This document shows positions 1 through 12,111 of a DNA stretch of 64,000 nucleotides, piece by piece. Every line of letters begins with the position of its first letter. The first letter of the stretch is position 1. The DNA comes from an uncultured Verrucomicrobiota bacterium (GTDB taxonomy: Bacteria; Verrucomicrobiota; Kiritimatiellia; CAIVKH01): positions 11,325 to 75,324 of the forward strand of contig CALMYG010000002.1 of the NCBI GenBank assembly GCA_937873455.1. Direction: 5' to 3'. The translations under genes were made by a program, and so were the position numbers. A model generated the notes under the pieces. That model had not been told where the DNA came from, did no database searches, and saw only the letters and a list, made by a program, of their open reading frames with translations.

Positions 1-1636
1 TCCCGGTTTTTCCGGCCACCACCACGTCGGGAATGCGGGCGGTCCGCGCGGTTCCCCGGGAGGACATCACGACATCCTTCATGCCCAACCGGGTGACTTC
101 GATATGGCGGCGATCCCAAGCGAGACGGTTTAACACCACCGGGGCTTCGGAGCTGAATACCTCGCTGCCCTCCGGGCGCATGCCGATCACCAGGCGCGGC
201 TGGTACACCGTGCCCCCGTTGGCCAGCGCGGCGGTCATCATCGCCATTTGAAGCGGCGTCACCAACAAGGCGCCCTGCCCGATCGAGACATTACAGGTAT
301 CCCCATCGCGCCAACCGTCGCGGTGCACCTGGCGCTTCCACGCGGCATTCGGCAGCAGACCCGGTTGTTCGCCATCCAATTCAATCCCGGATCGCCCGCC
401 CAGACCCAGAGCGGACGCCATGTGGTAGATGCCGTCGATGCCGGTTTGCAGGCCGATGTGAAAGAAATAAACGTTGCAGGAAACCTCAATCGCCTGTTGG
501 AGATTCACCGGTCCATGACCGTTTCGGTTCCAGCAGCGGAAGGTGACATTGCCGAGCTGGAAATAGCCCGGACAGTTGTGCACTTCCTCGATCCGGCTTC
601 GCCCGTTGATCAAACCGGCCAGGCCGGTGATCATCTTGAAGGTGCTCCCCGGCGGATAGGTGCCGGCCACCGCGCGACTGAGGAGCGGGGTGTCGGGGTC
701 CTCCATCAAGGCCCGCCAGTTGGCGGAGGAAATCGACGGGACAAAACGATTCAAGTCGTACCCGGGCGAACTGGCGAGGGCCAACACGTCCCCGTTTTTC
801 GGATCCAGAACCACGACCGATCCGGGGCGTGAATCCAGCGCTTGTTCAGCCATCCGCTGGATGTCAGCATCCAGCGCCAGCATAAGATCATGGCCGCGGC
901 GCGGCGGACGGAGGCCGAGGTCGTGGCGACGGTAGCCGGAAACATCCACGCGCATGAGCCGCCCGCCCGCCTCACCGCGCAACCAGTGGTCCATGGTGCG
1001 CTCCAACCCGGCGCGACCCGCCATTTCCGGCAGGTAAAAATGGAACCGCTCCTCCTCGTCCTCCGGCGGATCGGCCCGCCCGACATACCCGATGGCGTGG
1101 CAAGCGAGGGCATCATGCGGATACACGCGTACCGCCTGGGTGTACAACTCGACGCCAGGAATGGATCCGCCCAACTCGACAAACCGGGCCAGCGCCGCCT
1201 CATCCAGATCACGCCACGCCAACAGCGGCAAGGGAAGGCGCCGGCGGATATGAATCCAAATATCTTCGCGTTTGATTTCCGGAGGGCGCCCGATGATGCC
1301 GGTTAACGACGCCATGACCTGTTCGACGTGATCGATGGTGTTTCGCCACGGCCCGGGTCGCCGCAATTCCTCCAGATAGAGCGCCACCCCATGGCTCGGG
1401 CGGTTATCCGCCAGAATCAGTCCATGCCGGTCCACCATGCCGCCCCGCACGCCGGGAATCCGGATGCGACGGATACTCTGTTTGGCCAGGTCGACCTCAT
1501 AGCGGTCGGAATGGGCCACCTGGATGCGCCACAGGTAGCCGCCCAACAGCGTCAGGCCGGCCAGGAACACCACCAGCAGCAGCCGAAGCCGCAGCAGATC
1601 GTCATCCAATACCGAGGTAGGAACGTTGCGCGCCAT
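1..1636 (-). CDS. mrdA: Penicillin-binding protein 2 (peptidoglycan D,D-transpeptidase MrdA), C-terminal part outside window
   Basis: Manual minus-strand translation from the ATG at 1636 gives MARNVPTSVLDDDLLRLRLLLVVFLAGLTLLGGYLWRIQ (TM anchor), then the PBP2 dimerisation and transpeptidase region (...VVVLDPKNGDVLALASSPGYD...). It runs off the window start, so it is absent from the ORF track. It overlaps the mreD stop, the conserved mreBCD-mrdA order. Confidence 0.8.
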   Translation of the reverse strand, partial: MARNVPTSVLDDDLLRLRLLLVVFLAGLTLLGGYLWRIQVAHSDRYEVDLAKQSIRRIRIPGVRGGMVDRHGLILADNRPSHGVALYLEELRRPGPWRNTIDHVEQVMASLTGIIGRPPEIKREDIWIHIRRRLPLPLLAWRDLDEAALARFVELGGSIPGVELYTQAVRVYPHDALACHAIGYVGRADPPEDEEERFHFYLPEMAGRAGLERTMDHWLRGEAGGRLMRVDVSGYRRHDLGLRPPRRGHDLMLALDADIQRMAEQALDSRPGSVVVLDPKNGDVLALASSPGYDLNRFVPSISSANWRALMEDPDTPLLSRAVAGTYPPGSTFKMITGLAGLINGRSRIEEVHNCPGYFQLGNVTFRCWNRNGHGPVNLQQAIEVSCNVYFFHIGLQTGIDGIYHMASALGLGGRSGIELDGEQPGLLPNAAWKRQVHRDGWRDGDTCNVSIGQGALLVTPLQMAMMTAALANGGTVYQPRLVIGMRPEGSEVFSSEAPVVLNRLAWDRRHIEVTRLGMKDVVMSSRGTARTARIPDVVVAGKTG

Positions 1637-2141
1637 GCGATTCCGTATTTCCTTGAATCAAACCCAATTTTTCCTCGAGCGCGTGTACCGCCCCGATCAC
1701 CAGAGGTCCGGTGACCAGGCCCATGAGAACCGCGCCGGGTATTTTCACCGGCAACCACAGCGGATGCCACGCGATCAACCCGTCCTTTAACAACAATACC
1801 ATCAACACCAGCGTCACCACCCCGTGAAGGGCGGCGGTCACGATCATATGCGTAAACGAAGCATGCAAAATCATCAGATCGCGGTAGCGTTCGATCACCA
1901 ACGCGCACGCGGCAAATCCAAACGAGGAATAACCCAGCGGGGTCATGCTCATGCTGTCTTGAAAGAGCCCGGCGAGCAGCGCCATCACCAGCATCATCAC
2001 GCCGCCGCGGTACAGGGCGTAATACACCACGACCGCCCCGAGCACCGGCGCGGTGGCGTACCCCAACCAGGATACCACCGGGGCCAGCGACTGGATCGCC
2101 GTGCCGGTCAACAAGAGGAAGAGCATCGTCACCAGCGTCAT
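1602..2141 (-). CDS. mreD: Rod shape-determining protein MreD
   Basis: 179-aa polytopic hydrophobic protein directly downstream of mreC and upstream of mrdA, overlapping both. Confidence 0.8.
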   Translation of the reverse strand: MTLVTMLFLLLTGTAIQSLAPVVSWLGYATAPVLGAVVVYYALYRGGVMMLVMALLAGLFQDSMSMTPLGYSSFGFAACALVIERYRDLMILHASFTHMIVTAALHGVVTLVLMVLLLKDGLIAWHPLWLPVKIPGAVLMGLVTGPLVIGAVHALEEKLGLIQGNTESHGAQRSYLGIG

Positions 2142-2983
2142 GGCCGTCCCGCTCCCGCCGCCGATGGGTCCCGGACGTTGAGCACAAACACAAATTGCAG
2201 GCTGCTCAGATCGGCCCGGGTAATAATGTCCGCGTGCTGATACAAGCCGGAGGGATCCGTCACCACGCGGTCGACGTAACCGATCGGGATATTCGGCGGG
2301 AATACACCGCCCAGCCCGGAAGTCACCACATCATCCCCGGGGTGAATCACATCGTTTTTATGAATAAATTCCATGCGGCAAAACACCTGCCCCTGCCACG
2401 ACGGCCCTCGCCCGCTGACCACCCCGAACGACCCGGTACGCAGCAACCGCGACGATACCCGAAACGCCGGATCCGAGACCAACAACACGTCCGAGGTATT
2501 GCGGGATACCGCAACCGTCCGGCCGACCAATCCTTCCAACGATACCACCGCCATGTTTTCCTCTACCCCGTCGGAGGCGCCTTTATTTAAGCGGATCGTC
2601 TGCCACCAGCCGTCCCGCGAGCGGGCCAGCACGCGGCAGGCGATCCAGGTGGTTTCCGGCGGGGGTTGAAATCCCAACTGCCGGCGCAACTCCGCATTTT
2701 CATATTCGAGCAGCCTCAAGCTGTTGCGTTCGGCGGTCAGCCGCTCCACTTCGAGGCGAAGCGTCTTGTTTTCTCCCATCAGGCCGGGAATCCGCCCGAT
2801 GGATTTCATATAGTCCCATCCGGTACCGAACACGGAATCCACCGCGCGTTGGAGCGGGCGGGCGGTTTCGCGAAAGGCGGCCTTGACCGCTCCGGTCATC
2901 GCATCGGGCAGGTTCAGCAGGGCGATCACCACCACCCCCAGCACCAGCCAACGTATCAACAAACGATCGTTCATGAACTCCAC
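2138..2983 (-). CDS. mreC: Rod shape-determining protein MreC
   Basis: 281 aa with N-terminal TM, a coiled-coil segment (LRLEVERLTAERNSLRLLEYENAELRRQL) and a C-terminal beta domain. Sits between mreB and mreD. Confidence 0.85.
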   Translation of the reverse strand: MEFMNDRLLIRWLVLGVVVIALLNLPDAMTGAVKAAFRETARPLQRAVDSVFGTGWDYMKSIGRIPGLMGENKTLRLEVERLTAERNSLRLLEYENAELRRQLGFQPPPETTWIACRVLARSRDGWWQTIRLNKGASDGVEENMAVVSLEGLVGRTVAVSRNTSDVLLVSDPAFRVSSRLLRTGSFGVVSGRGPSWQGQVFCRMEFIHKNDVIHPGDDVVTSGLGGVFPPNIPIGYVDRVVTDPSGLYQHADIITRADLSSLQFVFVLNVRDPSAAGAGRP

Positions 2984-3056
2984 GCACGCAAAGCAACACG
3001 AGGCTCAACGGCGGGATACCGGGAGAGACGAAACCAGAAGAAGCGGGGCGCGATGG

Positions 3057-4097
<1,041 letters not shown>

Positions 4098-4364
4098 CTA
4101 CCCAGAGTTGCGCATACTGTGGGTCAGGGACGCGTGCGCGTCAAGCGATATTCACGCCCGCGATCAAGGTTCATAATTTTTTGTGTTTTTGATTGCTTTT
4201 CTCCCGGTATCAGGCATCGTCATGTCCAGTTTGGTGAGAGAGTAGTTAGTGATTTGGTAGGTTGTCCATCGCCGGCGAGTTGCTTGGTGGATGTCGATCT
4301 GAAACCCGAACGAGTCGGGAACATTCACGAGAGTCTCCCCCACAGCAAATAAGGAAGTAGTAGT

Positions 4365-4742
4365 ATGGCAACCAAGCTCTATGTTGGGAACCTCTCCTTC
4401 GGCACCACCGAAGGCGATCTGCAGAATCTGTTCGCGTCTTGCGGCCAGGTCACCAGTTGCAGCATGATCATCGACAAGTTCACGGGCAAGTCCCGCGGAT
4501 TTGCCTTCGTCGAAATGGCCTCCCCGGCCGAAGCCCAAAAGGCGATCGACGAATTGCACGGCAAGGATTTTGACGGCCGTGCGCTTACCGTCAACGAAGC
4601 CCGTCCCCGCGAGGAACGTCCGCGCGGCGGAGGCGGCGGCGGCTACGGTGGCGGCGGCGGTGGCGGCTACGGCGGTGGTCGTGGCGGCGGCGGTGGCGGT
4701 GGCGGTTACGGCGGCGGCAAGCCCCGTCGCGATCGTTACTAA
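4365..4742 (+). CDS. RRM-type RNA-binding protein with glycine/tyrosine-rich C-terminal tail
   Basis: RNP1-like KSRGFAFVEM and RNP2-like LYVGNLSF motifs, followed by a (GGGGYGGG)n tail. RBS AAGGAAG lies upstream of the ATG. Confidence 0.85.
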   Translation: MATKLYVGNLSFGTTEGDLQNLFASCGQVTSCSMIIDKFTGKSRGFAFVEMASPAEAQKAIDELHGKDFDGRALTVNEARPREERPRGGGGGGYGGGGGGGYGGGRGGGGGGGGYGGGKPRRDRY

Positions 4743-4767
4743 TCGCACGCGCTGTGCGATAGCACCA

Positions 4768-4798
4768 GGGAACGGGGGCAACCCCGTTCCCTTTTTTT
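4768..4798 (+). terminator. Rho-independent terminator downstream of the RRM protein gene
   Basis: Hairpin gggaacgggg-gcaa-ccccgttccc followed by a T7 run. Confidence 0.6.
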
Positions 4799-4968
4799 GC
4801 GCCCACCGCCCGTGGATGCGCGGACGCATCCCTGATTCGTTGACCGATTCCCATCCCTTCATGATCACCCCATCCGGATCATCAAGACGATCATGCAACG
4901 CGCCTGGCCTCTTTATGCGCCGCAGACGCATGCGGTACCGCGGGATGCGCCTTTCCCCGACCCTCCGC

Positions 4969-4997
4969 TTGACTTTATCGGTTCAAGCCCTTACTAA
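4969..4997 (+). promoter_or_regulatory. Candidate sigma70-type promoter for tRNA-Val
   Basis: TTGACT, 17-nt spacer, TACTAA, about 25 nt upstream of the mature tRNA 5' end. Confidence 0.4.
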
Positions 4998-5022
4998 TTC
5001 CCACTCGTAATTCACCCTTTGC

Positions 5023-5099
5023 GGGCGATTAGCTCAGTTGGTCAGAGCGCGTGCCTCACATGCACGAGGTCACTGGTTCGAGCCCAGTATCGCCCACCA
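5023..5099 (+). tRNA. tRNA-Val (anticodon CAC)
   Basis: Cloverleaf readable by eye: acceptor GGGCGAT/ATCGCCC, D-arm GCTC...GAGC, anticodon stem CGTGC/GCACG with loop CTCACAT, T-arm ACTGG-TTCGAGC-CCAGT, discriminator A, encoded CCA. Confidence 0.9.
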
Positions 5100-5140
5100 G
5101 GTTTCGTCCGGCGCCGAGCCGTTGGCGACAGGAGGTACGC

Positions 5141-6256
5141 ATGCAAATCGGGATACTCACCAGCGGGGGAGATTGTCCGGGTCTCAATGCCGCGATTCGC
5201 GGCGTGGCCCGCGCCGGCATGGAACAGTACGGCATGCATGTGACCGGATTTCGCAATGGTTTCCGCGGCCTCGTGCAAGATCGCACCATCCCGCTGGACG
5301 GCAAGTCGCTCTCCGGCATTCTCACCGTGGGCGGCACCATTCTGGGCACCAGCCGGGACAAACCGCACCGCATGCCGATTGGCGGCAAGGAACGGGACAT
5401 GCTGGATGTCGCGGTGGAGCATTACCGCAAACACCACCTGGATGCCCTGGTCTGCATCGGCGGCGGCGGCACGCAAAAGAACGCCCTGCGCCTGCACCAA
5501 GCCGGACTTCGCGTGCTGACCTTGCCAAAAACCATCGATAACGACATCGTGGAAACCGATATTTCCTTCGGCTTCGATACCGCGCTGGATATCGCCACCG
5601 AAGCCATCGACCGGCTTCATTCAACCGCCATGAGCCACGGGCGCATCATCGTGGTGGAGATCATGGGGCACCGCGCCGGCTGGCTGGCCCTCGGCGCCGG
5701 TATTGCCGGCGGCGCCGATGTGATCCTCATCCCCGAAATACCGTACGACGAACGTAACGTCGCCGATACGATTCTGCGCCGGTCGCGGGAAGGAAAAAAC
5801 TTCAGCATCGTCGCGGTGGCGGAGGGCGCCATGTCGATCCAACAAGCCAAACAGATCGATCGCCTGACCGAAATGAAAAAAAAGGCGGAATCCCGGCAGG
5901 AAAAGAAAAAAGCCAACGAAAAACTCCAGCACTTTTACGACGCCCACGTCAACCACACCCTGGAGTTGACCAAGCGCTTGGAAAAAATGACCGGTCTGGA
6001 GTCACGCTTGACCATCCTGGGCCACCTCCAACGCGGCGGCACGCCGACCGCGGCCGATCGCTTGCTGGCCACCCGGCTCGGCACCGCCTGCGCCAAGGCG
6101 ATCCATGAAGGCAAAAGCGGGGTCATGGTCGCCGCGCGTAAAGACACCACCGCACTGGTCGACCTCGAGAAAGTCGCCGGGCCGATCAAGTTCGTGCCGC
6201 CCGACCACCCGTGGATTCAAACCGCGCGCTCCGTGGGCACCGGCTTCGGCGACTGA
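5141..6256 (+). CDS. pfkA: 6-phosphofructokinase (PfkA family)
   Basis: Start trimmed to the ATG at 5141 (RBS GGAGG at 5131-5135) because the longer track ORF reads through the tRNA. Product [21 protein letters not shown]..., with the catalytic TIDNDI and LGHLQRGG motifs. Confidence 0.9.
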   Translation: MQIGILTSGGDCPGLNAAIRGVARAGMEQYGMHVTGFRNGFRGLVQDRTIPLDGKSLSGILTVGGTILGTSRDKPHRMPIGGKERDMLDVAVEHYRKHHLDALVCIGGGGTQKNALRLHQAGLRVLTLPKTIDNDIVETDISFGFDTALDIATEAIDRLHSTAMSHGRIIVVEIMGHRAGWLALGAGIAGGADVILIPEIPYDERNVADTILRRSREGKNFSIVAVAEGAMSIQQAKQIDRLTEMKKKAESRQEKKKANEKLQHFYDAHVNHTLELTKRLEKMTGLESRLTILGHLQRGGTPTAADRLLATRLGTACAKAIHEGKSGVMVAARKDTTALVDLEKVAGPIKFVPPDHPWIQTARSVGTGFGD

Positions 6257-6328
6257 GCCGAACGCCCCTCCCCAGCCCTACCGGCGCCCCTCGCCCATCC
6301 GTGTCATCCGATATCCGCGGTTAAAAAA

Positions 6329-6390
6329 GTTCCAAACCTTGGAAAAACAAACCGGCCGGAGTTCCAATGTTTGGAAAACCGGCCGGTGCA
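6329..6390. repeat. Tandem pair of ~31-bp units, each a GTTCCAA-N3-TTGGAA palindrome plus ACCGGCCGG, in the convergent pfkA/groEL intergenic region
   Basis: gttccaaaccttggaaaaacaaaccggccgga followed by gttccaatgtttggaaaaccggccggtg. Probably bidirectional terminator hairpins or REP-like elements. Confidence 0.5.
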
Positions 6391-6413
6391 TCAATACGCT
6401 ATCGCGTTAGATG

Positions 6414-8057
<1,644 letters not shown>

Positions 8058-8146
8058 TTAATTGATCTACTTTCGCTGGTAGGGCGGCGTGTCTCACGCC
8101 GCCGCGCGCAGGGACTGCACGCTCTACCGGGCGTGTTTCGTGCGTT

Positions 8147-8434
8147 TTAGTCAATGATGCCGAGGATGTCTTCCTCGCGCATGATCTGGTATTCCTTGCC
8201 GTCGAGCTTGATTTCAGTGCCGCCGTATTTCGGCATGAGCACCTTGTCGCCCTTTTTGACGTTGAAGGGAATCTTGTTGCCCTTCTCGTCCAGCTTGCCG
8301 GTGCCTACGGCGATTACCGTGCCCTGCTGGGGTTTTTCCTTGGCGGTGTCGGGAATGATGATGCCGCCTTTGTTTACTTCGGACTCCTTGAGAGGCTCAA
8401 CCAAAACGCGGTCGGCCAGGGGTTGTATCTTCAT
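8147..8434 (-). CDS. groS: Co-chaperonin GroES (Hsp10)
   Basis: 95 aa: [14 protein letters not shown]...GKLDEKGN... RBS GGAG upstream. Confidence 0.95.
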   Translation of the reverse strand: MKIQPLADRVLVEPLKESEVNKGGIIIPDTAKEKPQQGTVIAVGTGKLDEKGNKIPFNVKKGDKVLMPKYGGTEIKLDGKEYQIMREEDILGIID

Positions 8435-8511
8435 ACGTTTTCTCCTTCTTTATGGTTACGTCATGAAAACAGCGCGCGGCGGACACCCGTCCGGTCGCAC
8501 GCTGAAAGGGG

Positions 8512-10434
8512 TTATTTTTTCTTGTCGTCGTCGACCATTTCAAAGTCGGCGTCGATGACCGTGTCATCTTTTTTTCCGGCATCGCCGGCGGACGGGGCGC
8601 CCTGGGCCTCGGAGCCGGGGGGCGGAGGCGTGGCCTGCTGTTTGCTGTAGAGCTCGGTTCCGGCCGCCTGCATGGCCGCGGTCAGCGCTTCGAGATCGGC
8701 CTTGATCGCGTCGGCGTTATCGGACTTGACGGTTTCCTTCAACGTGGCGGCGGCCGCCTCGACCTTGGCCTTGTTGTCGGCCGAAATCTTGTCGCCGTTT
8801 TCCTTGATGAATTTTTCCGCCTCGTAGGTCATGGCGTCGGCGCGGTTACGGGACTCGATGGCATCGCGCTTTTTCTGATCCTCGCCCGCGTGCGCTTCGG
8901 CGTCCTTGACCATCCGCTTGATTTCATCGTCGCTCAAACCGCTGTTGGCGGTGATGGTGATTTTCTGTTCCTTGCCGGTGCCGAGGTCCTTGGCGCTGAC
9001 ATGCAGGATGCCGTTGGCGTCGATATCAAAGGTCACTTCGATCTGGGGCACGCCGCGCGGAGCCGGGGCGATGCCGGCGAGATTGAAGCGGCCAATCGTC
9101 TTATTGTCACCGGCCATCTTGCGCTCACCCTGGAGGACATGGATTTCCACCTGGGGCTGGTTGTCGGCGGCAGTGCTGAAAATTTCACTTTTCTTCGAGG
9201 GAATCGTGGTGTTGCGCTCAATCAGCGGGGTGAAGATGCCGCCGAGGGTCTCGATGCCGAGGGTCAGCGGAGTAACATCCAGCAGCAACACGTCTTTGAC
9301 TTCGCCTTTCAGAACACCGCCCTGGATGCCCGCGCCAACCGCGACGACTTCATCCGGGTTCACACCCTTGTGCGGTTCCTTGCCGAAGAACTTCTGCACC
9401 ATCTCCTGCACCTTGGGCATGCGGGTCATGCCGCCAACGAGAATGACTTCGTCGATCTGCGAAGCGGAAAGACCGGCGTCGCGCAGGCAATTTTCCACCG
9501 GCTTGAGGGAGCGCTGAATCAGGTCGTCGACCAATTGTTCGAGTTTGGACCGGCTCAGGCTCATGGTAAGGTGCTTCGGCCCGCTGGCGTCGGCGGTGAT
9601 GAACGGCAGGTTGATTTCGGTCTGCTGCGAGCTGGACAATTCGCATTTCGCTTTTTCCGCCGCTTCTTTCAGGCGCTGCAAGGCCATCGGGTCCTTGGAA
9701 AGGTCTATGCCATTTTCTTTTTTGAATTCGGTGATCAGCCACTCGATGATCCGCTCGTCGAAGTCATCACCTCCGAGGTGGGTATCGCCGTTGGTGGCCT
9801 TGACTTCAAATACACCGTCGCCGATTTCCAGAACCGAAATGTCAAAAGTGCCGCCGCCGAGGTCATACACGGCAATCTTTTCCTCTTTTTTCTTGTCGAG
9901 ACCATAAGCCAGCGAGGAGGCGGTGGGCTCGTTGATGATGCGCAACACCTCAAGACCGGCAATGCGACCGGCATCCTTGGTGGCCTGGCGCTGGCTGTCA
10001 TTAAAATAGGCGGGAACGGTGATGATGGCCTGGGTGATTTTTTCACCGAGGTACGCTTCCGCATCGGTCTTCAACTTCTGAAGGATCATCGCCGAAATTT
10101 CCGGGGGCGAGTAGACCTTGTCGCCGATCTGAACGTGGGCGTCGCCGTTGCCGGCGCGCATGACTTCATAGGGGACACGTTTCTTTTCTTCGGAAATCTC
10201 GTCGAACTTGCGCCCCATGAAACGCTTCACGGAGAAGATCGTATTTTTCGGGTTGGTTACGGCCTGCCGCTTGGCGGCGGTACCGACCAAACGTTCCCCG
10301 GACTTGGAGAAGGCAACAATGGACGGCGTGGTGCGTCCCCCTTCCGCATTCGGAACCACCACCGGTTCGCCACCTTCCATGATGGACATGCAGGAATTCG
10401 TGGTTCCCAGATCAATACCTAAAACTTTTGCCAT
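8512..10434 (-). CDS. dnaK: Molecular chaperone DnaK (Hsp70)
   Basis: 640 aa: [15 protein letters not shown]...DLGGGTFD..., with an acidic C-terminal tail ending DDKKK. Confidence 0.97.
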   Translation of the reverse strand: MAKVLGIDLGTTNSCMSIMEGGEPVVVPNAEGGRTTPSIVAFSKSGERLVGTAAKRQAVTNPKNTIFSVKRFMGRKFDEISEEKKRVPYEVMRAGNGDAHVQIGDKVYSPPEISAMILQKLKTDAEAYLGEKITQAIITVPAYFNDSQRQATKDAGRIAGLEVLRIINEPTASSLAYGLDKKKEEKIAVYDLGGGTFDISVLEIGDGVFEVKATNGDTHLGGDDFDERIIEWLITEFKKENGIDLSKDPMALQRLKEAAEKAKCELSSSQQTEINLPFITADASGPKHLTMSLSRSKLEQLVDDLIQRSLKPVENCLRDAGLSASQIDEVILVGGMTRMPKVQEMVQKFFGKEPHKGVNPDEVVAVGAGIQGGVLKGEVKDVLLLDVTPLTLGIETLGGIFTPLIERNTTIPSKKSEIFSTAADNQPQVEIHVLQGERKMAGDNKTIGRFNLAGIAPAPRGVPQIEVTFDIDANGILHVSAKDLGTGKEQKITITANSGLSDDEIKRMVKDAEAHAGEDQKKRDAIESRNRADAMTYEAEKFIKENGDKISADNKAKVEAAAATLKETVKSDNADAIKADLEALTAAMQAAGTELYSKQQATPPPPGSEAQGAPSAGDAGKKDDTVIDADFEMVDDDKKK

Positions 10435-10474
10435 ATGCGTTCCTCGTTTCGTAAAGTGGTGTTACGACTTTAAC

Positions 10475-10507
10475 TAAAGCACCTCCCATGCCAATGCGAG
10501 GCTTTAG
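10475..10507 (-). promoter_or_regulatory. Imperfect inverted repeat in the dnaK 5' leader (CIRCE-like position, non-canonical sequence)
   Basis: ctaaagcacctc-N11-gaggctttag lies 40-73 nt upstream of the dnaK start. It is not the canonical TTAGCACTC-N9-GAGTGCTAA. Confidence 0.35.
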
Positions 10508-10621
10508 CGCAACAAGAAAAATCGCATCGCCATGGTATCAAATGAATTACGCCGATATTTCTAATTAATTTACCTGGGGCGCGCCGCGCCGGCGTGCGCC
10601 ACAATGTCGCAGTCGCGTGGG

Positions 10622-10638
10622 CGATGTGTCACACATCG
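10622..10638. promoter_or_regulatory. 17-bp perfect palindrome cgatgtgtcacacatcg between the mgtE stop and the dnaK promoter region
   Basis: Perfect dyad symmetry. Candidate operator, or a terminator stem for mgtE. Confidence 0.3.
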
Positions 10639-10664
10639 AGACGGGTTGACTCAAGCAGGCTCGC

Positions 10665-12014
10665 TCAGATCAACTTGTCGAGCCAGAGGGTGGCCATGCC
10701 GAGAAACAGGAAGAATCCGGTGAGATCGGTGATGGTGGTGACGATGGAGCCCGACATCATGGCCGGATCAAAGCCAAGCCGCTTCATCAGGAAGGGAAAG
10801 AAGGAACCGACAAACGCAGCCACCATGGTGTTGATCCAGAGCGCGAGCATGGCAATCACCCCAAGGTAGATGTTGCCCCGCCACAACCAGGTAATGACGC
10901 TGAGCTGGAGACCCAACGCGGCGCCATTCAGCAACCCGACCCGGAGCTCCTTGCGCAGAACCAGCGCGACATGATTCCATGCCACTTGTCCGGTCGCCAT
11001 ACCCCGAATGGCCACCGCCATCGCCTGGGAGGCGACATTGCCGCCCATATCGGAAACGATCGGCATCAACACCGCCAGGAACGCCACCGCGGCAATCGAC
11101 TCTTCAAACACCGCCACCCCGATAACCGCGACAAGGTTGAAGACAATGTTCGCCATCATCCAGGGCAACCGCTTCTTTACCGAGTAACGCACATCCCCGA
11201 GAGGATGCTCTTCACCGCTGGGAATACCGCCGAGGCGCAAGATATCCTCGGTGGCCTCCTCCTGCATGATTTCCACGACATGATCGGCTTCGACAATCCC
11301 AACCAGCCGCCCGTCCATTTCCACCACCGGCAACGCCTTGTAATGGTAGTGACTGAACAGGCGCGCCACCTCCTCCTGGTCGGCATCAACCCGAACAAAC
11401 CGGACATCTGGAATCATGATGTCATGCAGCGTTTTGGAGGGACGGCGGAACACCAGGTCGCGTATGGAAATTGTGCCGAGCAGCTTGCCATGATCATCGA
11501 CCACATAGACATAGGCCGCGCCCTCCACCTCGTCATCATCGATTCGTCGTAAACGGACCAGCGCCTCTTCCAGGGTCAAGCTGGCCGGTAAGGCAAAGTA
11601 CGCGTCGGTCATGATGCCGCCGGCGGAGTCTTCCGGGTAATGCATCAATTGCGACACCTTGGCCGACTCGGGAGGATCCAGGCGGGAAAGCACCTCCACC
11701 TGGCGGTCCGGGGTCAACTCCGCGACAATATCGGCGGCATCGTCATGCGGCATCTCCTCGACCAACGTGGTGATTTCCTGGCTGGAGAGCTGGTCGGTGA
11801 TGGCGGCAGCTTTGTCCGGATCGAGTTCGATCAAGACCTCCGACGCCAACTCCGAAGGCAGAGCCCGCAGTCGCGCAACCGCCTCCTCAATAGCAAGTTG
11901 CTGAAGTTCGTCGGCCAAATCAGCGGGGTGACGGTTACCTTCCGCGTCCCGGGTTTCAGGGTGATCGGTCATGGTGTTACCTGTGTACGGGTTTTCTAAA
12001 GGGGAAAACAGCAA
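10665..12014 (-). CDS. mgtE: Magnesium transporter MgtE
   Basis: N-terminal MgtE-N domain, tandem CBS domains, then a C-terminal 5-TM MgtE channel domain (...PFLMKRLGFDPAMMSGSIVTTITD...). Confidence 0.9.
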   Translation of the reverse strand: MLFSPLENPYTGNTMTDHPETRDAEGNRHPADLADELQQLAIEEAVARLRALPSELASEVLIELDPDKAAAITDQLSSQEITTLVEEMPHDDAADIVAELTPDRQVEVLSRLDPPESAKVSQLMHYPEDSAGGIMTDAYFALPASLTLEEALVRLRRIDDDEVEGAAYVYVVDDHGKLLGTISIRDLVFRRPSKTLHDIMIPDVRFVRVDADQEEVARLFSHYHYKALPVVEMDGRLVGIVEADHVVEIMQEEATEDILRLGGIPSGEEHPLGDVRYSVKKRLPWMMANIVFNLVAVIGVAVFEESIAAVAFLAVLMPIVSDMGGNVASQAMAVAIRGMATGQVAWNHVALVLRKELRVGLLNGAALGLQLSVITWLWRGNIYLGVIAMLALWINTMVAAFVGSFFPFLMKRLGFDPAMMSGSIVTTITDLTGFFLFLGMATLWLDKLI

Positions 12015-12111
12015 ATTTTTTTCCGATTATCCTTCCATTCAGGAAGTGTTTGGGTATTCTTAGAACGTTTTACGAGAAGTTCACCCACACATAAGATAGA
12101 GGAGAGAAACG

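Noticed and set aside
248-1306. Several plus- and minus-strand ORFs (248-832+, 751-1212-, 842-1306+) at the window start
   Set aside because: Manual translation shows this region encodes PBP2 (mrdA) on the minus strand in another frame; these are out-of-frame shadows.
5051-5140. Upstream extension of the pfk ORF
   Set aside because: It reads through the tRNA-Val gene. The true start at 5141 has an RBS and a conserved PFK N-terminus.
8890-10422. 510-aa plus-strand ORF
   Set aside because: Antisense to dnaK; no motifs; shadow ORF.
10435-10664. Canonical CIRCE/HrcA operator upstream of dnaK
   Set aside because: Searched for TTAGCACTC-N9-GAGTGCTAA on both strands; only a diverged inverted repeat is present. 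Reported as non-canonical instead.
12015-12111. M-box (Mg riboswitch) in the mgtE leader
   Set aside because: The leader is under 100 nt and shared with a divergent promoter, too short for an M-box. No conserved M-box helices were seen.
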